Assembly (NCBI GenBank): GCA_041690355.1
Contig: JAWLHK010000018.1
Location: 62,001 to 84,332 of the forward strand
Origin: a bacterium
Lineage (GTDB): Bacteria > J088 > JAWLBW01
Length of the DNA stretch: 22,332 nucleotides
Direction of reading: 5' to 3'
Position numbers and translations under genes: made by a program
Shown here: in pieces, positions 13,981-22,247 of the stretch
Position numbering within the stretch: the first letter of the stretch is position 1
Layout of the letters: each line of letters starts with the position of its first letter
The notes under the pieces: generated by a model
Databases searched by the model: none
What the model saw: only the letters and a program-made list of their open reading frames with translations
What the model was told of the DNA's origin: nothing

Positions 13981-14754
13981 GTGGTCATTCTCGTTTCGAA
14001 CGATGACGGTATCCGATCGCCCGGCATCAAGGCGCTTGCCGCAGCAATGGAGCCCATCGGTGAAGTCTTTGTCGTCGCTCCGGATCGGGAACGCAGTGCG
14101 GCGGGACACGCCTTGACACTGCACCACCCGCTGCGCGTCGAAGAGATCCGCCCCGGCTGGTTTGCCGTCGACGGTACGCCGACCGATTGCGTGAATGTCG
14201 CCATCAACGGCCGCATGCTGCTCCCCAGGCGCCCCGATCTGGTCGTCACCGGAATCAACAAAGGGGCCAACGTCGCCGACGACATCACGTACAGCGGCAC
14301 GGTCGCCGGGGCGATCGAGGGAACGCTGCTCGGCCTCCCCTCCATCGCGGTGTCGCTCGTCGGCCGCACCGAGTACGATTTCTCGGCGGCGGCGGCGTTT
14401 GCCGGCCGGCTCGCCGAGAAGGTGGCCCAGCACGGGATGCCCGCCGATACGCTGCTCAACGTGAACGTCCCGAACATTCCCGCCGAGAACATCCGAGGCG
14501 TGCAGGTGACGCGCATGGGCAAGCGTCAGTATGGCGACTCCATCGTCGAGAAGACCGATCCGCGCGGACGCAAGTACTATTGGATCGGCGGCGACGAACT
14601 GCGGCATGTGCCGGTCGAGGGCTCCGACATCTCGGCGGTGCTCAACGGCTACATTTCGGTGACCCCGCTGCACCTCGACCTCACCAATTTTCGCTCGCTC
14701 GACGAGGTTCGTTCGTGGACCTTCGACGGCTGGTGGCTCCCGCAGGCCCGTTAG
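13981..14754 (+). CDS. surE: 5'/3'-nucleotidase SurE
   Basis: ILVSNDDGI, VVAPDRERSAAGHALT, GTPTDCV, GINKGAN, YSGTVAGA, ISVTPL; GTG start at 13981. Confidence 0.96.
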   Translation: MVILVSNDDGIRSPGIKALAAAMEPIGEVFVVAPDRERSAAGHALTLHHPLRVEEIRPGWFAVDGTPTDCVNVAINGRMLLPRRPDLVVTGINKGANVADDITYSGTVAGAIEGTLLGLPSIAVSLVGRTEYDFSAAAAFAGRLAEKVAQHGMPADTLLNVNVPNIPAENIRGVQVTRMGKRQYGDSIVEKTDPRGRKYYWIGGDELRHVPVEGSDISAVLNGYISVTPLHLDLTNFRSLDEVRSWTFDGWWLPQAR

Positions 14755-14773
14755 CCGAGGCCGGAAGAACACC

Positions 14774-15406
14774 ATGGTTCATCAGCAGTACGCCGTCGCA
14801 CGCAAGCGCATGGTCGCCGACCTCGAGCAGCGTGGTCTTCTGAAGACCGCGGCGCTCCGTGAGGCGTTTCTGCGCGTTCCGCGCGACCAGTTCGTGGCCC
14901 CCGCACTCGCCGCGCAGTCGTACCAGGATCTCGCCCTGCCGATTCTCGAAAAGCAGACGATCAGCAAGCCGTCGACCGTGGCGCAGATGGTCGAGGCGTT
15001 GCAGCCGCAACAGGAGACGGTGCTCGAAATCGGCACCGGTTCCGGATACGCCACCGCCGTCCTCTGCGAAGCGGCGGCCCAGGTCTACACCCTCGAGCGT
15101 CACCAGCGCCTTTCCATTCGCGCGCGTCGTATTCTGCAGGAACTCGGCTACCGCAACGTCCGCTTCCGGACGGGCGACGGCGGTGCGGGGTGGCCCGAGG
15201 CAGCCCCCTTCACGCGCATTCTCGTCACCGCCGGCGCTCCATCGGTTCCCCCCGAGCTCGTGGCGCAGCTCACCCCCGGCGGGCGCATGGTCATCCCGCT
15301 GCGCGACCGCATGAGCGTCGTCGTGCGCGCGGCAGAGGGAGACGGCTTCACCGTCGAGGATCTGGGCCCGGCGGCCTTCGTCCCCTTCGTGACCACGCGC
15401 CTCTGA
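14774..15406 (+). CDS. pcm: Protein-L-isoaspartate(D-aspartate) O-methyltransferase
   Basis: VPRDQFV, QTISKP, VLEIGTGSGY, GDGGAGWPEAAPF.RILVTAGA, GGRMVIP, FVP; follows surE. Confidence 0.94.
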   Translation: MVHQQYAVARKRMVADLEQRGLLKTAALREAFLRVPRDQFVAPALAAQSYQDLALPILEKQTISKPSTVAQMVEALQPQQETVLEIGTGSGYATAVLCEAAAQVYTLERHQRLSIRARRILQELGYRNVRFRTGDGGAGWPEAAPFTRILVTAGAPSVPPELVAQLTPGGRMVIPLRDRMSVVVRAAEGDGFTVEDLGPAAFVPFVTTRL

Positions 15407-15469
15407 GCGGCGCGGAGCGCCGAGCGCCAAGGGCCAATAATTCAAGGTTTTTACCAGCGCTCTTGCCTG

Positions 15470-15501
15470 AATTCGTCAATCGTCAATCGTAAATCGTCAA
15501 T
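15470..15501 (+). repeat. AATCGT(C/A) heptamer tandem array
   Basis: aattcgtc-aatcgtc-aatcgta-aatcgtc-aat. Confidence 0.85.
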
Positions 15502-15513
15502 TGAGTGGAGCGC

Positions 15514-15541
15514 TTGACTTTCGGTCCACTCGCGATAAAAT
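15514..15541 (+). promoter_or_regulatory. Putative sigma70 promoter of the nlpD-like gene
   Basis: TTGACT-N16-TAAAAT. Confidence 0.5.
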
Positions 15542-15550
15542 AATGCCAAC

Positions 15551-16339
15551 GTGCGTGTCAATTACATGATCCTTCGCTTCTTTTTCGCCTTGCTGGTTAC
15601 GGCGTCTGTGGGTTGCGGGACAACCTACGGGGTCTATCATCGCGTGGGGGCGGGCGAGACGCTCTATTCCATCGGGCGCTCCTACGACGTCAGCCCCGAC
15701 GAGATTCGCCTCGTCAACGGCATGCGCGACAACACGATTTTTGCAGGGCGCGAACTCTTCATCCCGGGCGCCTCGCAGCCGCGACCCGTGCGCCCCGGCA
15801 CGCCCGCTGAGCAGGCCGCCGATCCGAGTCCGCCGGCGGTTCAGCCCCCGCCGGTAGTCTCCGACGCGAACCCTGCGCGTCCCCCGCGCAAGCAGGTCGA
15901 AGTCGCGCGGGTGCACCCCGAAGACCTCGACAAGCGTTCGGTGCGCAACCAGCGGGCGGGCGAGGGGGCCTTTCTGTGGCCGGTCGACGGCGGCCAGGTC
16001 TACTCGCGCTACGGCAAGCGTGACGGTCTGCAGCACGACGGCATCGATATCTCGGCCCCCGAAGGGACGCCGGTCTTCGCCGCCGCCGACGGGCGGGTCA
16101 TCTACAGCGGCGACGGCGTGTCGGGCTACGGCAACCTGATCATCGTCAAGCACGAAGGGGTCTACGCGACCGTCTACGCGCACAACCGCGAGAACAAGGT
16201 TCAGAAGGGCGACTTCGTCTCGCGCGGCCAGATCATTGCCACCGTCGGACAGACGGGGCGCGCTTCGGGGCCCCATCTGCACTTCGAAGTGCGCAAGAAC
16301 AGCAAGCCGATCGATCCCACGAATCTCGTTTCCCGCTGA
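15551..16339 (+). CDS. nlpD: LysM + M23 peptidase lipoprotein (NlpD-like)
   Basis: Lipobox-like SVG-C; LysM (HRVGAGETLYSIGRSYDVS...NGM...IFAG.ELFIP); Pro-rich linker; M23 with HDGID and HLHFEVR intact. Start is GTG 15551 or ATG 15566. Confidence 0.88.
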   Translation: MRVNYMILRFFFALLVTASVGCGTTYGVYHRVGAGETLYSIGRSYDVSPDEIRLVNGMRDNTIFAGRELFIPGASQPRPVRPGTPAEQAADPSPPAVQPPPVVSDANPARPPRKQVEVARVHPEDLDKRSVRNQRAGEGAFLWPVDGGQVYSRYGKRDGLQHDGIDISAPEGTPVFAAADGRVIYSGDGVSGYGNLIIVKHEGVYATVYAHNRENKVQKGDFVSRGQIIATVGQTGRASGPHLHFEVRKNSKPIDPTNLVSR

Positions 16340-16472
16340 ACTTCTTCATTGAACCCTGCACTCCCCGGTTCCTTGGCCGGGCCGAACGGGCGGCTCGCGG
16401 CCGCCCCGGAACCGGCCTCGGCGCAGCCTGCAGAGCATGCCGCTGCGGGGCGGTCTGCAGCGCACCCCGCTA

Positions 16473-16501
16473 GTGACATTCCCCCGTACTCTGGCTACAA
16501 T
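16473..16501 (+). promoter_or_regulatory. Putative sigma70 promoter of tRNA-Arg / aspS
   Basis: GTGACA-N17-TACAAT. Confidence 0.6.
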
Positions 16502-16550
16502 GGTCGTCTTTACGTGCTTCGGCCGGCGTCGGTTCTACACTCGGGCTCTG

Positions 16551-16586
16551 GCCCTCGCAGGTCAGTTGGCCCTCGCAGGTCAGTTG
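16551..16586 (+). repeat. Two tandem 18-bp variant copies of the tRNA-Arg 5' end
   Basis: GCCCTCGCAGGTCAGTTG twice (16551-16568, 16569-16586), directly before the tRNA's GCCCTCGTAGCTCAGTTG (2 mismatches). Confidence 0.95.
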
Positions 16587-16663
16587 GCCCTCGTAGCTCA
16601 GTTGGATAGAGCAGCCGCCTCCTAAGCGGCAGGTCGCACGTTCGATTCGTGTCGAGGGCACCA
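16587..16663 (+). tRNA. tRNA-Arg (anticodon CCT)
   Basis: Acceptor stem GCCCTCG/CGAGGGC; D arm GCTC-agttggata-GAGC; anticodon arm GCCGC-ctCCTaa-GCGGC; T arm GCACG-TTCGATT-CGTGT; encoded CCA; 77 nt. Confidence 0.97.
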
Positions 16664-16744
16664 TCTCCGGTTGATTGCGCGCCGGCTTCTACGCCGGCCA
16701 TGTCGTGTCCGACGCACCCTTTGGTTTCTCGAGGAATGCATCCT

Positions 16745-18520
16745 ATGTTCCGCAGCAGCTACTGTGTCGATATCGCAGGCGAGCCCATTGGCGCCCGCGT
16801 CACCCTGGCCGGTTGGGTTCATCGCCGCCGCGACCACGGCGGTCTCGTGTTCATCGATCTGCGCGACCGCACGGGTATTGCCCAGGTCGTGTTTTCGCCC
16901 GACGTGCAGAAAGCGGTGCACGAAAAGGCGCATGAGCTTCGCTCTGAGTTCGTCGTCAGCATTACCGGCGTGCTGCGCGCCCGACCGGCAGGCACCGAGA
17001 ACCCGAACATGCCGACCGGCAAGGTCGAAGTCTATGCCGATGAGCTGCGCGTGCTCAATGCCGCGAAGACCCCGCCATTTCTCATCGAAGACGACGAGAA
17101 CGTCAACGAGATGCAGCGGCTGCGGTACCGCTACCTCGATCTGCGGCGTCCGTTCATGCAGCGCAACCTCATCACCCGGCACCGCGTTTCGTCGCTGGCC
17201 CGGCGGTTTCTCGATGACAACGGCTTTCTGGAGATCGAAACGCCCATGCTCACGAAGAGCACGCCCGAGGGGGCACGCGATTACCTCGTGCCGAGCCGCG
17301 TGAACCCCGGAGAGTTCTTCGCACTGCCGCAGAGCCCGCAGCTGTTCAAGCAGATTCTCATGGTCTCGGGATATGACCGGTACTATCAGATCACGCGCTG
17401 CTTCCGCGATGAGGATCTGCGCGCCGACCGCCAGCCCGAATTCACCCAGATCGATATCGAGACGTCCTTTCTCGACCGCGACGAGTTTCTGCCGCTCATG
17501 GAGAGCCTCGTGGGCGGAATCTTCAAAGACATCCTCGACGTCGAAATTCCCCTCCCACTCCCGCGCCTGACCTACGCCGAAGCGATGCGCCGCTTCGGGG
17601 TCGACAAGCCCGACATGCGCTTCGGCATGGAACTGCACGAATTGTCGGATCTCTGTGCGAACGTCGACTTCAAGGTTTTTCGCGAAGCAGTCGAGAAGAA
17701 GGGAATCGTCAACGTGCTCACCGTAAAGGGGGGCGCCGAGATGAGCCGCGGCGATCTGGATGCCCTCACCGAGTTTGCCAAAGTTTACGGCGCCAAGGGG
17801 CTTGCATGGGTGAAGCTGCAGCCCGACGGCTGGCAGAGCCCGATCGCGAAGTTCTTCAAAGAAGAAGAGAAGAAAGAGATCGAGCGCCGGGCCGAGGCCG
17901 AAACGGGCGATCTGCTGCTTTTCGGTGCCGACAGTGCCCGGGTCGTACACGCGACCCTGGGTAATCTGCGTGTGCACCTGGCCGAGAAGCGCAACCTGAT
18001 TCCCGAAGGGGAATACCGGCTGATCTGGGTCACGGATTTTCCGCTCGTGGAATTTGACGAGGAGGCCAATCGCTACGTGGCCATGCACCATCCGTTCACG
18101 GCGCCGATGGACGAGGATCTCGAGAAGCTGGCCACCGCCCCCGAGCAGGTGCGCGCGAAGGCATACGACATCGTGCTCAACGGCGTTGAACTCGGCGGCG
18201 GCAGCATCCGTATCCACCGCCAGGACGTGCAGCAGCGCATGTTTGAACTGCTCGGTATCGGCGCCGAAGAATCCCAGAAGAAATTCGGCTTTCTGCTCGA
18301 CGCCCTGCAGTACGGCGCGCCCCCGCACGGCGGCATCGCCTTCGGCCTCGATCGGCTCATCATGCTGTTGACAGGCTCCAGCTCCATCCGCGACGTCATT
18401 GCGTTTCCGAAGACCCAGAAGGCACAGTGCCTCATGACCGAGGCGCCGAGCGAAGTCGCCGAAACGCAGCTGCGCGAGCTGCACATCAAGACGGTGGGCG
18501 TCAAGAAGGAACCGGCCTGA
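16745..18520 (+). CDS. aspS: Aspartate--tRNA ligase, probably non-discriminating (Asp/Asn)
   Basis: [82 protein letters not shown] at 16745 with SD GAGGA. Confidence 0.97.
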   Translation: MFRSSYCVDIAGEPIGARVTLAGWVHRRRDHGGLVFIDLRDRTGIAQVVFSPDVQKAVHEKAHELRSEFVVSITGVLRARPAGTENPNMPTGKVEVYADELRVLNAAKTPPFLIEDDENVNEMQRLRYRYLDLRRPFMQRNLITRHRVSSLARRFLDDNGFLEIETPMLTKSTPEGARDYLVPSRVNPGEFFALPQSPQLFKQILMVSGYDRYYQITRCFRDEDLRADRQPEFTQIDIETSFLDRDEFLPLMESLVGGIFKDILDVEIPLPLPRLTYAEAMRRFGVDKPDMRFGMELHELSDLCANVDFKVFREAVEKKGIVNVLTVKGGAEMSRGDLDALTEFAKVYGAKGLAWVKLQPDGWQSPIAKFFKEEEKKEIERRAEAETGDLLLFGADSARVVHATLGNLRVHLAEKRNLIPEGEYRLIWVTDFPLVEFDEEANRYVAMHHPFTAPMDEDLEKLATAPEQVRAKAYDIVLNGVELGGGSIRIHRQDVQQRMFELLGIGAEESQKKFGFLLDALQYGAPPHGGIAFGLDRLIMLLTGSSSIRDVIAFPKTQKAQCLMTEAPSEVAETQLRELHIKTVGVKKEPA

Positions 18521-18719
18521 ACGAATTTACGATTGACGAGTGACAATTTACAATTGACCGTTCGAATGGACTGACTTGCGCCCGTTCGAGTTTTCTCTTC
18601 AGCAACGCCTCTCTCCCACATGTGGAGAGGGGCGTTTCTGTTTGGTTTTCACGGCATTGGGAGATGGGCTGGAGCCTTGCCGTCTGAAATTCGTCAATCG
18701 TAAATCGTCAATCGTAAAT
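18521..18719. repeat. Inverted pair of AATCGT(C/A) heptamer arrays (18521-18557 reversed; 18688-18719 forward)
   Basis: atttacg-attgacg-agtgaca-atttaca-attgac faces aattcgtc-aatcgta-aatcgtc-aatcgta-aat. Confidence 0.8.
18604..18643 (+). terminator. Probable intrinsic terminator after aspS
   Basis: Imperfect stem AACGCCTCTCTCC..GGAGAGGGGCGTT followed by tctgttt. Confidence 0.55.
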
Positions 18720-19106
18720 GGAGTGATGCGCTTCGCTTTCCCGTCCACTCCGTATCTGGTGCCCGCACTCGAAAGACGATAGAATCTCGACGCGGTCGCA
18801 GGCCCGGCAACCGCGGTTCGCGCCGCGGGAAACCCGCCGGCCCGCTTCGGGAGCGGTTGTTCAAGGTGTCGGCAGCTGAAAAACTACAAAATGCTACAGG
18901 AATCTAGTCTAAATAGCCGTAATCACACAAGATATTGTGTACCTTCGCCCTTTGCCCCACAATCTGTAGGTAAATTAAGCTTAATTAAGTGGAACTGTAA
19001 GGTAGTTTTGGGTCAAACGCTTGACACTTTGCCTGAAAAGTGGATTAATGAGCCTACGCTGAGTAACACGGGTCCGGTTGCATGCGAAGGAAGGGTCCGG
19101 GGAGCA

Positions 19107-19316
19107 ATGGCCTTGGCAAAGAATTTTGTAAAACGGCTGCGGGAAGACCGCCTGATGAGTAAGGCAGAGCTTGCCCGCAAGGCTGGCGTCAGCACGCTGA
19201 CCATCGATCGCATCGAACGCGGCGAGAACTGCCGCATGGATACGAAGCGAAAAATCATCCTTGCGCTTGGATTCAAGCTGTCTGAGCGGAACAATGTTTT
19301 TGCGGAAGAAGACTGA
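19107..19316 (+). CDS. XRE/Cro family HTH protein heading the pilM operon
   Basis: 69 aa from the ATG at 19107: VKRLREDRLMSKAELARKAGVSTLTIDRIERG..CRMDTKRKIILALG; SD GGGAG; 8 bp before pilM. Confidence 0.9.
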   Translation: MALAKNFVKRLREDRLMSKAELARKAGVSTLTIDRIERGENCRMDTKRKIILALGFKLSERNNVFAEED

Positions 19317-19324
19317 GAGGCGCC

Positions 19325-20383
19325 ATGCTTGGAAAGCGTAAAGATCTGCTTGGCCTCGATATCGGCTCCAGCTCGATCAAGATGGTCGAACTGAAGAAGA
19401 GAAAGAACGCCTACGAATTGGTGAACTGGGGCGTGGCCCCACTGTCGCCCGACGTCATCGTCGACGGCGCGCTCATGAATTCGAGCGCCATCGTCGACGC
19501 GATTCAGGAACTGGTCCTCCAGACCAAGACCAAGAACAAGAACGTCGCCAGCAGCGTTTCGGGAACGAGCGTCATCATTAAAAAAATCGCCCTGCCGGTC
19601 ATGACCCGCCAGGAGCTCCAGGAAAACATCAAATGGGAGGCCGAACAGCACATCCCGTTTGATATCAACGACGTGAACGTCGACTTTCACATCCTCGGCG
19701 AAGATGGCGAAGAAGCCGGCAAGATGGGTGTCATCCTGGTCGCTTCGAAGAAAGACCTGGTAAACGACTACACCGGGGTCATCGCCGAGGCCGGTCTGAC
19801 CCCCCTCTGCGTCGACATCGACGCCTTCGCTGTCGGCAATGCCTTCGAACTGAATTATCCCGACCGGCTGGCTGAGGTCGTTGCCGTCGTGAATATCGGC
19901 GCCGGGGTTTCGAACATCAACGTCATCAAGAACGGCGTCTCGTCGTTCGTGCGCGACATCAACACCGGCGGCAACGCGGTTACGGAGATGATCCAGAAGA
20001 ATCTGGGCATCCAGTACGAAGAGGCCGAGCGCATGAAGCGTGGCGGCGACGAGGGCAGCGACGAAATCATCCCGCAGGAAGTCAACGACATCGTGCGCCA
20101 GATCAGCCAGAACCTCGCCGGCGAAATCGCACGCTCGCTCGACTTCTACTCTGCAACGAACCCGGACGATCGCATCACGAAGCTCTATCTCGCCGGGGGC
20201 ATGGCCCTCACCGCGGGGCTGGATACGATCATCGAACGGACGGTCGGCTATCCCGTTGAATTGATGAATCCTTTCAATAACATTGCCCTTGGCAAGAACG
20301 TCGATCCCGCCGCGCTCGCCAAGGTGGCTCCGGCCCTGGCGGTTGCCGTCGGCCTGGCCATGAGGAGGCTGGACGAAGAATGA
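19325..20383 (+). CDS. pilM: Type IV pilus assembly protein PilM
   Basis: LGLDIGSSSIKMVEL, EAEQHIPFDINDVNVDF, VNIGAG.SN, EIARSLDFY, LAGG, AVAVGLAMR. Confidence 0.96.
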   Translation: MLGKRKDLLGLDIGSSSIKMVELKKRKNAYELVNWGVAPLSPDVIVDGALMNSSAIVDAIQELVLQTKTKNKNVASSVSGTSVIIKKIALPVMTRQELQENIKWEAEQHIPFDINDVNVDFHILGEDGEEAGKMGVILVASKKDLVNDYTGVIAEAGLTPLCVDIDAFAVGNAFELNYPDRLAEVVAVVNIGAGVSNINVIKNGVSSFVRDINTGGNAVTEMIQKNLGIQYEEAERMKRGGDEGSDEIIPQEVNDIVRQISQNLAGEIARSLDFYSATNPDDRITKLYLAGGMALTAGLDTIIERTVGYPVELMNPFNNIALGKNVDPAALAKVAPALAVAVGLAMRRLDEE

Positions 20384-20952
20384 TCAAGATCAACTTACTT
20401 CCGGTCCAGAAGACTTCGCGCAACGACGCCCTGAAGATTCAGGGTGCCGTCGGGGCCCTGGCCTTGATCGTGACGCTCGGCATCTGCTGGTTCTTCCTTT
20501 CCGAGATCAACGGGGAGGTCGAAGCGGCTCAGCAGCAGATTACCGACACGCGTAACGCCATCAACGATCTGAAGAAGATCGTGGGCGAAATCGAAGACAT
20601 CAAGAAGCGTAAGGCCGACCTCGAGAAGAAACTCGAAGTCATCCACGAACTCGAAGCCGGACGCCTCGATACGGTCCGGGCCATGGACGGCATCGCCCGC
20701 GCCGTGCCCGAGCAGCTCTGGCTCGACAACTACGAGCTCGCCGGCCGCGGAATCAAGCTTTCGGGCCTGGCGACCGACAATCAGGTTATCGCTGAATTCA
20801 TGCAGAACCTGAGCAGCAATCCTCAAGTCGCCGGCGTACTTCTGTCAGAAACCGTGCGTCAGACCAAAGAAGGATATGACATCGTGCGCTTCTCAATCTC
20901 GCTCAAGTTTGAGCCGAAAGTGCCCGCCACGCCCAAGGACAAGCAGGGGTAA
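20380..20952 (+). CDS. pilN: Type IV pilus assembly protein PilN
   Basis: MIKINLLP, one TM helix, coiled coil, VPEQLWL, IAEFMQNL; ATGA overlap with pilM. Confidence 0.95.
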   Translation: MIKINLLPVQKTSRNDALKIQGAVGALALIVTLGICWFFLSEINGEVEAAQQQITDTRNAINDLKKIVGEIEDIKKRKADLEKKLEVIHELEAGRLDTVRAMDGIARAVPEQLWLDNYELAGRGIKLSGLATDNQVIAEFMQNLSSNPQVAGVLLSETVRQTKEGYDIVRFSISLKFEPKVPATPKDKQG

Positions 20953-20954
20953 CC

Positions 20955-21584
20955 ATGGCGCTTCAGGTCAATATCAACTGGCAGCAGCTCGAGAAGGTTC
21001 CGGTCAAGACCAAGGCGGCCGTGCTCGTCGCCGTTCTTGCACTCATCGGCGGCCTTTTCTACTACTTCCTTTATCTGCCCAAATCGCAGGAGCTCGATCA
21101 GCTGAACCAGCAGCTTGCTGAATTGCAGCGCGAGTACAATGCGACCAAGGCCATCGCCGACAACCTGCCGACCTTCGAAGAAGAGGTTCGCCGCTTGAAC
21201 GAACGGTTCGCGGTGGCCCTGACGAAGCTGCCGAACTCGGCCGAGATCGACAAGATTCTCATCGATCTGCCGAACCTGGCCAAGGAAGAGGAGCTGGGCG
21301 TCAAATCGTTCAAGCCGGCTCCCAATCGCGGTAAGGGCTTCTATGCCGTCGTGCCGCTGAACCTCAAGATGACGGGTCCGTACAACCGGTTGGCGAAGTT
21401 CTTCGAAAAGATCGGACGGCTCAACCGCATCATTGCCGTGCGCGACGTCAAGTTTCGGGTTCTCAGCGGTAAGGGGGTTCGCGAAGGCGAGGTTACCCTC
21501 GACGCAGACGTTCAGGCAGAAACGTACACGTTCGTCGAGAACCCGGGCGCCGATCCCAAGAACAAGAAGAAGGGCGGGAGGTAA
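20955..21584 (+). CDS. pilO: Type IV pilus assembly protein PilO
   Basis: TM helix, coiled coil, KLPNSAEI..IL, FYAVVPLNLKMTGPY..LAKFFEKIGRLNRII. Confidence 0.95.
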   Translation: MALQVNINWQQLEKVPVKTKAAVLVAVLALIGGLFYYFLYLPKSQELDQLNQQLAELQREYNATKAIADNLPTFEEEVRRLNERFAVALTKLPNSAEIDKILIDLPNLAKEEELGVKSFKPAPNRGKGFYAVVPLNLKMTGPYNRLAKFFEKIGRLNRIIAVRDVKFRVLSGKGVREGEVTLDADVQAETYTFVENPGADPKNKKKGGR

Positions 21585-21586
21585 TC

Positions 21587-22117
21587 ATGACGCGCTTCAC
21601 AGTATTGTCTGTGCTTCTCATTCTTGTCTTCGTTTCGGGGTGTGGCGAAGAAGACGTCGCCCCGCCGCCGCCGCCCGCAGCTCCGGCCCCGAAGCCGAAG
21701 CCCGCTGCGCCGAAGCCGGCGGCGGCTGCACAGATCCCTGCTGCGGCCACGGAAACGACTGTCGTTGAGTACACCTACGATGTTTCGATTCGCGACCCCT
21801 TTCAGCCGGCCGTCGGCCTGGCCAAGGATCGCATCGTGAATCCGACGTGCGGGCCGCTCTGTGAGTACGACCTCTCCCAGTTCCGCATCCGCGGCATCAT
21901 CTGGGGCATCGCCGAACCGGTCGCCACCATGCAGGCCCCCAACGGCAAGGCTTATATCGCCAAGGTCGGTGTGCCCATCGGCAAGAACAACGGCAAGATC
22001 GTGAGCATTACGGCAGATGGTCTCGTGGTGCTCGAAAAGTATGTGAATTACAAGGGTGAAGTCGTGACGAATCGCGTCGATGTCCGGCTTCCCGTCGTGC
22101 AGAGCGGTCGTCGGTAA
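21587..22117 (+). CDS. pilP: Type IV pilus assembly lipoprotein PilP
   Basis: Lipobox VSG-C, Pro/Ala linker, RDPFQP, PLCEYDLSQFRIRGIIW, GVPIGKNNGKIVSIT. Confidence 0.94.
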   Translation: MTRFTVLSVLLILVFVSGCGEEDVAPPPPPAAPAPKPKPAAPKPAAAAQIPAAATETTVVEYTYDVSIRDPFQPAVGLAKDRIVNPTCGPLCEYDLSQFRIRGIIWGIAEPVATMQAPNGKAYIAKVGVPIGKNNGKIVSITADGLVVLEKYVNYKGEVVTNRVDVRLPVVQSGRR

Positions 22118-22247
22118 CGATCGTTCTGCCTGCAGGTCGGCGCTCTTACGTGTCGGAGCGCCGGCAGAAAAATGAATTCCCAGGGGTTGCGCCGTTTGCG
22201 TCGAACCGCGCCTCCCCAGAAGTGAGAGAGAGAGAAGGAGCCTTAAG

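Noticed and set aside
16640-16745. Prophage or island integrated at the tRNA-Arg 3' end
   Set aside because: No duplicate of the 3' end and no integrase in the window; aspS follows within about 80 bp.
16622-18484. 620-aa antisense ORF, and similar long opposite-strand ORFs over hrpB, the ABC genes, surE, nlpD and pilM
   Set aside because: Shadow ORFs expected from high-GC codon bias; no recognisable motifs, and they fully overlap well-supported genes.
19005-19095. c-di-GMP-I riboswitch upstream of the pilus operon (GGTCAAAC...GAAA...)
   Set aside because: No matching P2 stem or GACGCAAA-type junction is visible; an Rfam scan would settle it.
18891-19106. 72-aa N-terminal extension of the XRE protein given in the ORF track
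   Set aside because: It runs through AT-rich promoter-like DNA; the SD and the domain boundary point to the ATG at 19107.
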